A stretch of DNA of 64,000 bases from an uncultured Trueperaceae bacterium (GTDB lineage Bacteria > Deinococcota > Deinococci > Deinococcales > Trueperaceae), in the NCBI GenBank assembly GCA_963727505.1, contig CAVSGP010000004.1, positions 640,001 to 704,000 of the forward strand, given 5' to 3'. Under the pieces are notes generated by a model. The model was not told the origin of the DNA. It made no database searches and saw nothing but the letters and a program-made list of their open reading frames with translations. A program made the position numbers and the translations under genes. The stretch's first letter is position 1. The number at the start of each line of letters is the position of its first letter. This document shows positions 28,153 through 39,667 of the stretch, in pieces.

Positions 28153-29115
28153 ATGCATCTGCTCGACATCTGGATGCTCGTGGGCGTGGCGTTCCTGGCG
28201 CTGCTGCTGGCGGGCGCCCTGGCGCCGCTCGAGGCGCTCGGCTGGTGGGCGGGCTGGTACGGGCGCCGCTCCGAGGAGCAAACCGTGCACCCCGCAAGCA
28301 CCGCGGCGACGCCGCAGCACTTCATCGTCTTCCTATCGGGGATCCATAGTGTCGCCGAGCACGCCTTCGCCCGGCGCGAAGTGGTGCTCTTGGAGCGACT
28401 GCAGGGGCGCCTCCCCGCCAGCAAGATCCTCGAGGTCTTCCCCTACTCGGTGACCAACAATGCCCTGACCGGGCAACGTGCCTTCGCGCGCTTCTGGCGC
28501 TGGGCGCTGCGCATGAAGCTCAGCCGTCGCGTGCTGGCCAACATGGCCGGCATGCTCATCAATCTGCGCAACCTCTGGCAGGTCGGGGTATCGGCCGACC
28601 GGCGTTACGGACCGATCTACAACCATGGCAGCGCCGACCTCATCACCGAGGCGCTGCTGGCGGCGGGCTACATCCCCGCCAGCGGCACGCGCGTCACGCT
28701 CGTCGGCTACAGCGGCGGCGGGCAGATCGCGCTGGGCGCGGCGGGGCACTTGGACGACATCCTGGGGACCCCCGTCGACGTGATCGCGCTGGGCGGCGTG
28801 ATGGCGTCGGACCCTGCCGTCCTGCAGGTGAGGCATCTCTACGACCTCCACGGCGATCGCGACGACATCCAGCGCGCCTCAATCGTGATGTTCGCCGGCC
28901 GCTGGCCGCTCCTGCGCTACTCCCCCTGGAACCAGGCCCGGGGGAAGGGGCTGATCACGTCCGTGCGCCTCGGCCCGATGAAGCACACCGGTCGCGACGG
29001 CTACCTCTCCACCACCGCCGCGCTCTCCGATGGCCGCAGCTACCTCGACGCCACCGTCGACGCCATCGCGGGAATCGTCGAGCACGGCAACGACGCCGCA
29101 GGGGCGGCCGCCTGA
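28153..29115 (+). CDS. Membrane-anchored alpha/beta-hydrolase-fold protein
   Basis: N-terminal TM; LVGYSGGGQ nucleophile elbow; HGDRDD and KH candidates for the triad. Confidence 0.6.
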   Translation: MHLLDIWMLVGVAFLALLLAGALAPLEALGWWAGWYGRRSEEQTVHPASTAATPQHFIVFLSGIHSVAEHAFARREVVLLERLQGRLPASKILEVFPYSVTNNALTGQRAFARFWRWALRMKLSRRVLANMAGMLINLRNLWQVGVSADRRYGPIYNHGSADLITEALLAAGYIPASGTRVTLVGYSGGGQIALGAAGHLDDILGTPVDVIALGGVMASDPAVLQVRHLYDLHGDRDDIQRASIVMFAGRWPLLRYSPWNQARGKGLITSVRLGPMKHTGRDGYLSTTAALSDGRSYLDATVDAIAGIVEHGNDAAGAAA

Positions 29116-29143
29116 CGCCTGGACGTGCGCCCGCCCCCTCGCC

Positions 29144-30676
<1,533 letters not shown>

Positions 30677-30759
30677 GCCGCGATGATAACGGAGGCGACG
30701 CTCCGAACCGCGCGGCGCGAGGCCCCCGAGCGCGGTCGGGGCGGCGTTAGACTGATCCC

Positions 30760-32244
30760 ATGAGGCTCTACAGCGCAGCGCAGATGCGCTCGGCCGACGC
30801 CGCTGCGGCGGAGGCCGGCATGCCGACCCAGCTGCTGATGGAGGCCGCCGGACGCGCCGTGGCCGAGGCCACGCGGGAGCGCTTCCCGGCGGCAAGGCGC
30901 GCGCTGGTGCTCTGCGGCAAGGGCAACAACGGCGGGGACGGCTACGTTGCCGCCCGCTTCCTGCAGGGCGCCGGTTGCGCCGTCGAGGTGCTGGAGATGG
31001 CGCCCGAGCCCTCCGGCGAGGACGCTGCCGCGGCGCGGCGCGCGCTCGACGCCCACGGCGTCAAGCCGGCTCCCCTCGACGCCCACCGCCTGACCGCAGC
31101 GCTCGAGCGCTGCGATGTGGTGGTCGATGCGTTGCTCGGCAGCGGCCTGGACCGCCCCCTGCACGGCACCCTGCAGGCGTGGGTCGAACAGGTGGCGGCG
31201 AGCGCCCTCCCGGTGGTGGCGGTCGACGTGCCGACCGGTGTGTCCGCCGACGCGACGATGCCCCCCGGGCCGCACCTGAACGCCGCCTTGACCGTTCAGC
31301 TCGCCGGGGCCAAGCTCGCCAGCGCCTTCTATCCGGCGCGCAGCGCGTTCGGTGACGCCGTGGTGGTCGATATCGGCATCCCGCGGCAGGTGCTCGAGCA
31401 GGCGTCGTCCGTGACGCTGCTCGACGCCGACTGCGTGGCGCGGTGGCTTCCGACACGTTCTCCGGACGCCCACAAGTACACCGCGGGCACGGTGCTGGTG
31501 GTGGCGGGTTCCGAGCGCTACCTGGGCGCCGCCGAGCTGGCGTGCCGCGCCGCCTACCGCGGCGGCGCCGGCCTGGTGACGCTGGCCGCAGCGGACCGCG
31601 CGCCCGCCGGCTGGCCCGAGGTGGTGTTCGAACCGCTGCGCTGGGCGGATGCGTCCCCGCTCGATGCCCTCGAGGCCCTCGACCCGAAGCGGGCGCAGGT
31701 GGCGGTGGTCGGGCCGGGGCTCGATCCCGCGGCGGGGCCCTGGCTGCCCCTGCTGCTGGCGCGGCTGGAGGGCAGCGTGGTACTCGATGCCGGTGCGCTC
31801 GAGCCCGGCGCCGAGTTGCAGGACGCGGTGCGCGCCCACGGCCGGGCCGTCCTCACGCCGCACGTCGGCGAGGCCGCACGGCTGCTGGCGAGCTCGACCG
31901 GGGCGGTGCTGGCCGACCCGCTGGCCGCGGCGGCGACCCTCGCCGAACGCTATGCCGCCGTCACCGTGGTGAAGGGGGCGAGCACGGTCGTGGCCGCGCC
32001 CGACGGGCGCCAGGCGGTGTCCATGAGGGGTCACCCGGGCATGGCGGTGGGCGGCACCGGAGACGTACTGGCCGGACTGCTGGGCGCGCTGCTCACGAGC
32101 GGCGACCCGTTCGAGCGGGCCTGCGTGGGGGTCTACATGCACGGGCGCGCAGGCGAACGGGCGGCGGTCGAGCGCGGCCTGGGGCTGGTGGCCAACGACG
32201 TCGTGGAGGAGCTCACGAACGCCGCCAGCGAGCTGCTGTGCTAG
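30760..32244 (+). CDS. nnr: Bifunctional NAD(P)H-hydrate epimerase/dehydratase
   Basis: [36 protein letters not shown]. Confidence 0.9.
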   Translation: MRLYSAAQMRSADAAAAEAGMPTQLLMEAAGRAVAEATRERFPAARRALVLCGKGNNGGDGYVAARFLQGAGCAVEVLEMAPEPSGEDAAAARRALDAHGVKPAPLDAHRLTAALERCDVVVDALLGSGLDRPLHGTLQAWVEQVAASALPVVAVDVPTGVSADATMPPGPHLNAALTVQLAGAKLASAFYPARSAFGDAVVVDIGIPRQVLEQASSVTLLDADCVARWLPTRSPDAHKYTAGTVLVVAGSERYLGAAELACRAAYRGGAGLVTLAAADRAPAGWPEVVFEPLRWADASPLDALEALDPKRAQVAVVGPGLDPAAGPWLPLLLARLEGSVVLDAGALEPGAELQDAVRAHGRAVLTPHVGEAARLLASSTGAVLADPLAAAATLAERYAAVTVVKGASTVVAAPDGRQAVSMRGHPGMAVGGTGDVLAGLLGALLTSGDPFERACVGVYMHGRAGERAAVERGLGLVANDVVEELTNAASELLC

Positions 32245-32254
32245 ATTGCGGCCT

Positions 32255-33151
32255 ATGTTGCAGGTGCGCGTCCCCGCCACGAGTGCCAATCTCGGGCCCG
32301 GGTTCGACGCGCTGGGGATCGCCCTCGATCTCGACCTGACCGTCCGCGCAGCTGAGAGCGATCGCGACCGTTTCACCTACCGCGGCGACGGTCACGTTCC
32401 CGATTCCCCCCACAACCTCGTGCACCAGGGCTTCCGAGCGGCTTACCACGCGCTCGACCTTCAGCCTCCCCGGATGGCCTTCGACGCCGACAACCCGATC
32501 CCGCTCGCGCGAGGATTGGGATCGTCGTCCGCCGCCCTGGTGGCGGGCGCCGCCCTGGCCGACGCCATGCTCGGAGAGCAGCTCGGGCGCGAGGCGGTCT
32601 TCCGACTGGTGGCCCGTCTCGAGGGCCACCCCGACAACGTCGCTCCCGCCATCTTCGGAGGCTTCACGGTCTCCGCGGCCGACGAGGCCGGCGCCTTCCT
32701 CAGCGCCAGCCTGCCGCTGCCGCCGAGCTGGCGACTGCTCTACGGCGTGCCGGACTTCGAGCTGCCCACGGCCAAGGCACGCGCGGTGTTGCCATCGAGC
32801 TACGCCCGCTCCGATGCAGTGCGCACCTCGGGCCGGGCCGCGATGTGGGCGGTCGCGGTCGCGACCGACCGCCCCCAGCTCTTGCGTGTGGCATCGCTCG
32901 ACGTGCTCCACGAACCCTACCGCTCCCCCCTGGTACCCGGCCTCGACGCCTGCCGGGCGGCCCTGCGCGCCGAGGGAGCCTTCGCCGCCTACCTCTCGGG
33001 CGCCGGCCCCACGCTCGGCGTGGTGGTCGACGAGCCCCGCGTCGAGGCGTGCCGCGCGCTGCTGGAGGACTTCGCCGGTGACGGCGGGAGGGTGCTCGAT
33101 CTGGGCGCCGGCCGGGGCTACGAGGTGGGAGCCGCACCCGAGCTGGAATAG
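32255..33151 (+). CDS. thrB: Homoserine kinase
   Basis: PATSANLGPGFD, PLARGLGSS, EGHPDN, LSGAGPT. Confidence 0.95.
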   Translation: MLQVRVPATSANLGPGFDALGIALDLDLTVRAAESDRDRFTYRGDGHVPDSPHNLVHQGFRAAYHALDLQPPRMAFDADNPIPLARGLGSSSAALVAGAALADAMLGEQLGREAVFRLVARLEGHPDNVAPAIFGGFTVSAADEAGAFLSASLPLPPSWRLLYGVPDFELPTAKARAVLPSSYARSDAVRTSGRAAMWAVAVATDRPQLLRVASLDVLHEPYRSPLVPGLDACRAALRAEGAFAAYLSGAGPTLGVVVDEPRVEACRALLEDFAGDGGRVLDLGAGRGYEVGAAPELE

Positions 33152-33166
33152 CCCTGCAGGCCACGG

Positions 33167-34369
33167 CTACAGCCAGGCGCGAAGCACCTTGAACCCGGCA
33201 TCGACGCGCACCGTCTCGAAACCCTTCCAGGCGGAGAGCTCCCGCTCGTAGGGCAGCGCCTGGTTGGCAACGATCCACGCACTCCCGCCGCGCCGCAACC
33301 GGGCGCGCGCCGTATCCAGGAAGGCGCGCCCCAGCTCCAGGCGCACCTGCTTGCCGACGTGGAACGGCGGGTTCACGAGCAGCGCGTCGAAGCGCGCATC
33401 GGACGCCAGCGCAGCGTCCAGATCCGAGTGCAGCACCGTCGCCTCCGCCGGCAGGTTGCGCCGGGCACTCCGCACGGCGCTGAGGTCGTCGTCGAGGGCG
33501 GTCACCTGCGCGGCGCCGGCACGGAACGCGGCGTCGGCGAGGATGCCCGTGCCGCACCCCAGATCGGCGACAGCCGCCCCGCGGAGCGCCCCTCGGCCCT
33601 GCGCTTCGAGCGTCTCCAGCAGCACCGCCGTGCCCGGGTCGAGGGCGCGGGCGGAGTGCACGCCCGGAAGCGACCACCAGCCCCGGCCCAGCGCCTCGAA
33701 CCGGCGCCAGGGACCCGACGCTGCTGGGAGCGTCGTCGCGCCGCCCGGCTCCCCGGCGCCGGCCGGCGCCAGCCCCGTCGCGGCATCCGGTCCCCTCGCT
33801 CCCTCGAGGCGGACGACCCGCCAGCCCCGGCTCCGCCCCACCACGCTCACCTGGTCGAACCACGCCGCAGCGTCACGCTCGTAGCGCTTGGCTCCCTGAT
33901 CCTTGTGCATGGCCGCGTAGGCGACGCCGCCGGGCTCGAGCGCGCGGGCCGCGGCCGCCAGCTCGCAGCGCACGCGGTCGTTGCCGCGATCGGTGGGCGG
34001 CAGCAACAGCACGGACGGGTAGCGGGCGGGCTCCAGATCCCACGCCAGGCCGGCCGCAACCTCGACCCGCGCGTCGTCCCGGAAGCGCGCGGTCGCCGCG
34101 CGCAGGGCGGCGTAGGAAGGCTCGAGCACCACCACGCGCCGCGCGCCCGGCACCCCCAGGGCGCCCCCGCCGGCACTGCCGGTCGCATCCACCACCGTCC
34201 CGGCGAGCTCGGCGCCCGCGTCGGGCAGCGCGCCGAGCAGGGCATCGAGGAGCTCGACGAGACCGGGCGCGGGCCCCGGGAAGCCACGCACGCCGGCCGA
34301 GACGAGCAGCTGCCCGTGCCCGCCGACGACGACCGGCAGGCGATGATGGTGTGCCGCCACGACGCTCAC
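33167..34369 (-). CDS. Class I SAM methyltransferase, RsmC/RlmG-like two-domain
   Basis: PGVHSARALDPGT, DLGCGTG, NPPFH; TAGACT -10 lies 7 nt before GTG. Confidence 0.8.
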   Translation of the reverse strand: MSVVAAHHHRLPVVVGGHGQLLVSAGVRGFPGPAPGLVELLDALLGALPDAGAELAGTVVDATGSAGGGALGVPGARRVVVLEPSYAALRAATARFRDDARVEVAAGLAWDLEPARYPSVLLLPPTDRGNDRVRCELAAAARALEPGGVAYAAMHKDQGAKRYERDAAAWFDQVSVVGRSRGWRVVRLEGARGPDAATGLAPAGAGEPGGATTLPAASGPWRRFEALGRGWWSLPGVHSARALDPGTAVLLETLEAQGRGALRGAAVADLGCGTGILADAAFRAGAAQVTALDDDLSAVRSARRNLPAEATVLHSDLDAALASDARFDALLVNPPFHVGKQVRLELGRAFLDTARARLRRGGSAWIVANQALPYERELSAWKGFETVRVDAGFKVLRAWL

Positions 34370-34423
34370 GAGCCGCAGTCTACCCGCAGGGCGCTGGCGC
34401 GCCCTCGGTGGTAGCGTTGGAGC

Positions 34424-35437
34424 GTGCCGCTCGTGCTCGGGATCGATACCTCCTGCGATGACACCGGCGTCGGCCTGGTCGACGGCGGCCGCGTTCTGGC
34501 CAACGAGGTGGAGTCCCAGACTGCCCTCCACGCACGCTTCGGCGGCGTCGTGCCCGAGCAGGCCAGCCGAGAGCACCTCAGCGTCCTCGACGCGGTCGTG
34601 GAACGTGCGCTGGCGCGTGCGGGCGCCGGCCTCGCCGACCTCGACGCGGTGGCGGCCACCCGCGGGCCGGGCCTGGTCGGCGCCCTGCTGGTGGGCCTGG
34701 GATACGGCAAGGCGCTCGCCTGGGGCCTGGGCGTACCGTTCGTGCCGATCCACCACTTGGAGGGCCACATCGCCGCCGCGGTCGCGGGGTCGGGTCTGGC
34801 ACCCCCCTTCCTGTGCCTCATCGCCTCCGGAGGTCACACCGCGCTCTTCGCCGTACACGCCTGGAACGCCATCGAGCAGCTCGGACGGAGCCGCGACGAT
34901 GCCGCAGGGGAAGCGTTCGACAAGGTGGCACGGCTCCTCGGGCTCGGCTACCCCGGCGGACCGGCGCTGGCAGCCCTGGCGCAGCGCGGCGATGATCGGG
35001 CGGTGCCGCTGCCGCGCCCCATGCGCCACCAGCAGGGCTTCGACTTCAGCTTCAGCGGGCTCAAGACGGCGGTGGCGATCGCGCTCGAGCGCGAACCCGG
35101 GCTCGCGCCCGAGGACGTCGCCGCGAGCTTCGAGCGCACCGCCGTCGATGCCCTGGTCGCGGTCACGCTCCGGGCAGCGCAGCACACCGGACTGGAGAGG
35201 CTGGTCGTCGCGGGCGGCGTGGCCGCCAACGCGCGGCTGCGCGCGGCGATGGCGAGCGCCGGCCTGCGCGCCACCTTCCCCCCGCCGTCGCTGGCGACCG
35301 ACAACGGCGCCATGATCGCCCTCGCCGCGGAGCGCCGCCTCGCTGATGCCCGACAGCGCCAGGACGAGGCGCTCGGGGCCGACGCCGCGCCCTACCTGCC
35401 GCTTGCCGTCACCGGCGAGCCGAGCGCGTCGGCGTAG
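34424..35437 (+). CDS. tsaD: tRNA t6A biosynthesis protein TsaD
   Basis: LGIDTSCDDT, GGVVPE, HHLEGH, SGGHT, DDAAGEAFDK, TDNGAMIA. Confidence 0.95.
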   Translation: MPLVLGIDTSCDDTGVGLVDGGRVLANEVESQTALHARFGGVVPEQASREHLSVLDAVVERALARAGAGLADLDAVAATRGPGLVGALLVGLGYGKALAWGLGVPFVPIHHLEGHIAAAVAGSGLAPPFLCLIASGGHTALFAVHAWNAIEQLGRSRDDAAGEAFDKVARLLGLGYPGGPALAALAQRGDDRAVPLPRPMRHQQGFDFSFSGLKTAVAIALEREPGLAPEDVAASFERTAVDALVAVTLRAAQHTGLERLVVAGGVAANARLRAAMASAGLRATFPPPSLATDNGAMIALAAERRLADARQRQDEALGADAAPYLPLAVTGEPSASA

Positions 35438-36555
35438 GCCCGCGCCACCAGCGGCACCACCGAATCCTCCGAGAAGTCACGCAGCGCGCGTTGCCGCGCG
35501 GCCCTTGCGTAGCGGGCGTGGACGCCCTCGTCAGACAGCAACGCGACGGCGGCCCGAGCCATCCCCTCGATATCGCCGGGCTCCAACAGCCGCCCGCTCA
35601 CGCCGTCCTCCACCACTTCCGGCAGCCCGCCGATGCGGCTCGCCACCACCGGCACGCCACTCGCCATCGCCTCGAGAGCGGACAGACCGAACGACTCCTT
35701 GACGCTCGGCAGCAAGAACAGGTCGCTGACGGCGAGCACGTCCTCGATGCGCGGGAAGCTGCCAAGGAAGGAGACGCGTCCGGTCAGGCCGAGCTCGTCG
35801 GCGAGCGCCACGGCGGCGGGCCGGTCGGGACCGTCCCCCACCATCAGCAACCGCGCGCCGAGGCGCTCCGACACCCGCCCGAAGATACGGATGACGTCCT
35901 CCACCTTCTTCACGGCACGGAAGTTGGAGATGTGCACGAGCAGCTTCTCGTCGGGGTGCGCGAAGCGCTGGCGCGGATCGGGCCCGTCCGCCGGCGGCGC
36001 CGGCGCGGGGCGGAAGCGCTCGTGATCGACCGCGTTGGGGATCACGCGGATCGGAGCGCGCACCCCCATCTCGCGGTTGGTGTAATCGGCCAGGTAGCGG
36101 CTCACCGCGGTCACCACGTCGGAACGCTCGATGCTGTACTGGGTGGTGCGAAGGTAGGCCCGGTTGAGCCCCACCAGCGTCACGTCGGTGCCGTGCAAGG
36201 TGGTGACCACCACGGGCCGTCGGGCGGCATGCACCATGTCGCGCGCGAGCACGGCGGCCGTTGCGTGGGGGACGGCGTAGTGCGCGTGGATGACATCGAT
36301 GCCGACCTCCTCGATGACCTCGGCAAGCTTCGACGCCTCGGCCAGCGTCGTGAGCGGTGCGTCGAACAGCGGGTAGGTCATCGCCTCCACCTGGTGGAAG
36401 AAGACGTTGGGCAGCGAGGGTTCAGTGAGGCGGAACGGCACACGGTCGGCCACGAAATGCACCGCGTCGCCGGAGCGCGCGAAGCTGAGCCCCAGCTCGG
36501 TGGCGGCTACGCCGCTGCCGCCCGCCCCGCTGTGGAGCAACACGGCGATGTTCAC
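35392..36555 (-). CDS. bshA: N-acetyl-alpha-D-glucosaminyl L-malate synthase
   Basis: GGSGVAATELG, HAHYAVPH, TTLHGTDVTLVG, HISNFRAVK, ESFGLSALEAM. Confidence 0.88.
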   Translation of the reverse strand: MNIAVLLHSGAGGSGVAATELGLSFARSGDAVHFVADRVPFRLTEPSLPNVFFHQVEAMTYPLFDAPLTTLAEASKLAEVIEEVGIDVIHAHYAVPHATAAVLARDMVHAARRPVVVTTLHGTDVTLVGLNRAYLRTTQYSIERSDVVTAVSRYLADYTNREMGVRAPIRVIPNAVDHERFRPAPAPPADGPDPRQRFAHPDEKLLVHISNFRAVKKVEDVIRIFGRVSERLGARLLMVGDGPDRPAAVALADELGLTGRVSFLGSFPRIEDVLAVSDLFLLPSVKESFGLSALEAMASGVPVVASRIGGLPEVVEDGVSGRLLEPGDIEGMARAAVALLSDEGVHARYARAARQRALRDFSEDSVVPLVARAYADALGSPVTASGR

Positions 36556-36681
36556 GTCGGGACCTCGTCGAGCGCCGGGCGATCGGAGATGTCGAGCACG
36601 GTGCAGTCTATGGGGCGTGGCCGTCAGCCAGCCGTCTCCGAGGCTACCCGGTCCGCAGTCCGCACGCCGGCGGTCGGGGGA

Positions 36682-37242
36682 TCAGCCCACATTGCCCCAC
36701 AGGCCCGCCAGGTACATCTCCTGCGTGATCACGCCATGGACGGTCTCGCGCTCGCTGACCACGACCAGCTGTTCGTGTGCCAGCACCCTGCGTAGCTCGG
36801 TGACCGCCACGCCCGGAGGGACCTTGACGAGCTCCTCCCAGGAGGTGATGCTGTCGCGCCGCAGGCCCGTGACACCCACCGGGACGCCCCCTTGCTTGAC
36901 GATCACGACGCGGTTCTCGGCGAGAGTGTGGACGACTTCGCCGGCATCCACCTGTGGCACGCGCCCGGCCGCCCGACCGGCGGTCGGCGGAACCAGCAAA
37001 CCGAACGTCAGGAGCGTGGGGCTGGGAAGGTGCAGCGCCGAGCGCGCGTACACCAGCGCGCCGCTGTAGGCCACCACGAACGCCACGCCCTCCAGCAGGC
37101 CGGCGGGGTTGAAGCTGGTGAAGCCGAGACGGCCGGAACGCCCCAGGAGCAGGAACACCACGAACGAGATCAGCAGCGCGAAGCCGAACGAAGTCACCCC
37201 GCCCCAGAAGGCGGCGCTGCGCAGTTGACCCGGCCGCCTCAT
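36682..37242 (-). CDS. Two-TM membrane protein with degenerate CBS-like C-terminal region
   Basis: Two hydrophobic helices; ..PVGV.. and LVVVS..VHGVIT CBS-like strands; SD GGAGG. Confidence 0.5.
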   Translation of the reverse strand: MRRPGQLRSAAFWGGVTSFGFALLISFVVFLLLGRSGRLGFTSFNPAGLLEGVAFVVAYSGALVYARSALHLPSPTLLTFGLLVPPTAGRAAGRVPQVDAGEVVHTLAENRVVIVKQGGVPVGVTGLRRDSITSWEELVKVPPGVAVTELRRVLAHEQLVVVSERETVHGVITQEMYLAGLWGNVG

Positions 37243-37270
37243 GCGACCCTCCGGTGTCCGTGCGGAGCGC

Positions 37271-38056
37271 TCACGCGTTCGCTCCCGGGAGGCCAGGGCG
37301 GCGCTCGTCGAGAGCCCCCGGGAGATGTCCCGGACGGTCGACGTCGGCTGCCAGGGCGGCATCGTCGGTCACCAACGCGCGCGCATGGATGCCGGACATC
37401 CGTTCCAGGCGTCGCTCGAGCTGACCGATTCCCGCCGTACCCAGGAGGAGCGCCAGCAGCACGTCCACACCGAACAACCCTGCCAGTGCCAGCGGGTTCT
37501 TGCGGGCCCGGAAGGCGGCGTCGATCAGCGGCAGCAGCTTCGGCACGGCCGCAGGGGCGATCAACACGGCGTTCCCACCCGTCACCCGGCCCTCTCGAAG
37601 GCGGACGTAGGTACGTCGTTGGTGCGGGAACTGCGCGCTCGATGCTGCTTCGGTCACGGCCGGATAGACCAGGTCGGCGTCGGGCACAGCGTCGATGAAG
37701 GCGGCCAGGCCGTCCGAGGTCACCCAGGGGATGTCGGCGGTGAGCACCAGCAAGCGCGCCTCGGGCGCCTGCGCCAGCGCGGCCCCCACGCCGAGCGCAA
37801 GCGAGTCGACGAGGCGCCTCCCGGCGGGCACGGACACGTCGTAGAGGCCTCGCAGTCGGACGTTGACGGGACCGACGTACACGATGCGGCCCACCGGGGC
37901 GCAGCTGCGCAACGCCTCCAACACGTATGCGCCCATCGGCTTGCCGGCCAGCGGCACCAGCGCCTTGGCTTCGACGCCGGCGTCGGCCGCCATACGATCG
38001 CCGACCTCGCCGCCCGCCAGGACCACGGCAATGGTGGCTTCTCGGGACGCCCTCAT
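37271..38056 (-). CDS. MobA-like nucleotidyltransferase family protein
   Basis: VVLAGG...KALVPLAGKPM, TADIP, DVDRP; TACAAT -10 lies 6 nt before ATG. Confidence 0.8.
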   Translation of the reverse strand: MRASREATIAVVLAGGEVGDRMAADAGVEAKALVPLAGKPMGAYVLEALRSCAPVGRIVYVGPVNVRLRGLYDVSVPAGRRLVDSLALGVGAALAQAPEARLLVLTADIPWVTSDGLAAFIDAVPDADLVYPAVTEAASSAQFPHQRRTYVRLREGRVTGGNAVLIAPAAVPKLLPLIDAAFRARKNPLALAGLFGVDVLLALLLGTAGIGQLERRLERMSGIHARALVTDDAALAADVDRPGHLPGALDERRPGLPGANA

Positions 38057-38186
38057 GCATCGATTGTAGCGCGCGCCAGAGCGCGTTCGACGACCACGAA
38101 AGATCGGCTGGGCGGGACCGGTCCGGTCCCGCCCAGCCGACGCGCGAAACGCGCAGGTGCTGCAAGGTCGTCGGCGGCCGCCCTGC

Positions 38187-39413
38187 TCAGAGGTGGGCCT
38201 GGCTGGCCGAGAGCCGCGCGGTCTCCCCGGCCTGGATGACGAAGCTGCTGACATAGGTCCGGAAACCGGGGGCCACGAGCGTGAGCTCGTGCTGTCCGGG
38301 ATCCAGGTCCGGCACCGAAAGCCGGCCGCTGCCGTTCGGGATCGTTCCGACCTGCCGCCCGTCGATGAACGCCGTCGCGCCGCCCACGTTGGCCTGGATG
38401 ATCAGCGTGCCGGAAGCGCGCTGCAGGCTCGTGGACACCTGCCGGTCTTCGCCGCTCGCCAGGTTGAAGCTGACGCTCGCGTCCTGATAGCCGGGCAGGC
38501 TGAAGCGCGCGGTGTGGTTGCCCGCGTCGACGTTCATGCGCCCGATGGGCGTGGAGCCGACGTGGTTGCCGTCGAGGTAGACGTTCGCCCCGCGCGGGTT
38601 GCTGTCGAACGATACCGACCCGATCCGGCGGATGGGCTGGAGCTGCGCCGTGACCGACTGCGTCTCGCCCGGGCGCAGATCGACGCGGGTCTGGAACGTC
38701 TCGTAACCGTCCTTGGTGACCTTCACGTCGTGCCGCCCGGGGTGGGTGCCGAAGTTCGTCGGTGTGGTCCCCACGTAGTCGCCGTCGACATAGACCTGCG
38801 CCTGCTGCGGGTTGGAGTCGATGCGCAGGTTTCCGAAAGCGGGCTGCTGAGGCCGGTCACCGACGTAGTACAGCACAGTACTGGTCACCCAGTCCTGCTG
38901 CGGGACCGGCTTGACGACGATGGCGAAGCCGTGGACGAAGCCGTCCTGGCCCCCACTGCCGCTAGCGAAGTTGTCGCCCGACTTGAACTGCACGATGTCA
39001 CGCGTATCGAGTTGCTGCTTGCTGGCCACCGCGATGACCTTCGACAGGCCACGTGGCGGCGCGATGCTGAAGGAGTAGCGCGCGTTCGCCGGCGGGAAGG
39101 TGCGGGTCTCCCCGGCGTTCAGGCGGTTGTTCTGCCCTTGCTGGTCGTAGCGGTTGGGCAGGATCTGGGTGATCTCGCCGTCGGGCTTGACGCTGAACAG
39201 GTAGACGTAGGCCGACTGGCTCACGCGCACCGAGATCTGGACGTTCTCGCCCAGCTGGTAGACGGGTTGCGAGCCCCCCTTGTCGAGGGTCACGTCGACG
39301 TTGAAGTTGGGAGCCGGGTTGGGGTTGACGACGATCGCCTCGGGGCTGATGACGATCTTCTGGGCAAAGGCCAGCGGGAGAGCTAGAGCGAGTAGGATCA
39401 GGATTTTCCTCAT
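38187..39413 (-). CDS. Secreted DUF4384 + PEGA-domain protein
   Basis: Signal peptide; YQLGENV..AYVYLF..DGEITQILPN; three PEGA-like repeats (SNPQQAQVYVDG..GTTP). Confidence 0.85.
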   Translation of the reverse strand: MRKILILLALALPLAFAQKIVISPEAIVVNPNPAPNFNVDVTLDKGGSQPVYQLGENVQISVRVSQSAYVYLFSVKPDGEITQILPNRYDQQGQNNRLNAGETRTFPPANARYSFSIAPPRGLSKVIAVASKQQLDTRDIVQFKSGDNFASGSGGQDGFVHGFAIVVKPVPQQDWVTSTVLYYVGDRPQQPAFGNLRIDSNPQQAQVYVDGDYVGTTPTNFGTHPGRHDVKVTKDGYETFQTRVDLRPGETQSVTAQLQPIRRIGSVSFDSNPRGANVYLDGNHVGSTPIGRMNVDAGNHTARFSLPGYQDASVSFNLASGEDRQVSTSLQRASGTLIIQANVGGATAFIDGRQVGTIPNGSGRLSVPDLDPGQHELTLVAPGFRTYVSSFVIQAGETARLSASQAHL

Positions 39414-39667
39414 GGCCGGCCTCCTTTCCTATTCCTGAGGCTAGCACGCACCCTCCGAAGCGCGTGATGATGGGCTTAAACCGCTCTTCATTGAGCCTTC
39501 TTCATGTACCATGGGCTCGATGCGCGCTGTGGCGTGCGGCACTGGGACGCGGTTCCTGTCGCTCCGGCGCCGGCGCGGGCGGCGACGTCGACGCGCCCCC
39601 GGCGGACCGCGGGGGTCTCCCTCTCACGGTTCTGGTCCCTGCGCTTCGCATACTCCAGGAGATGACC

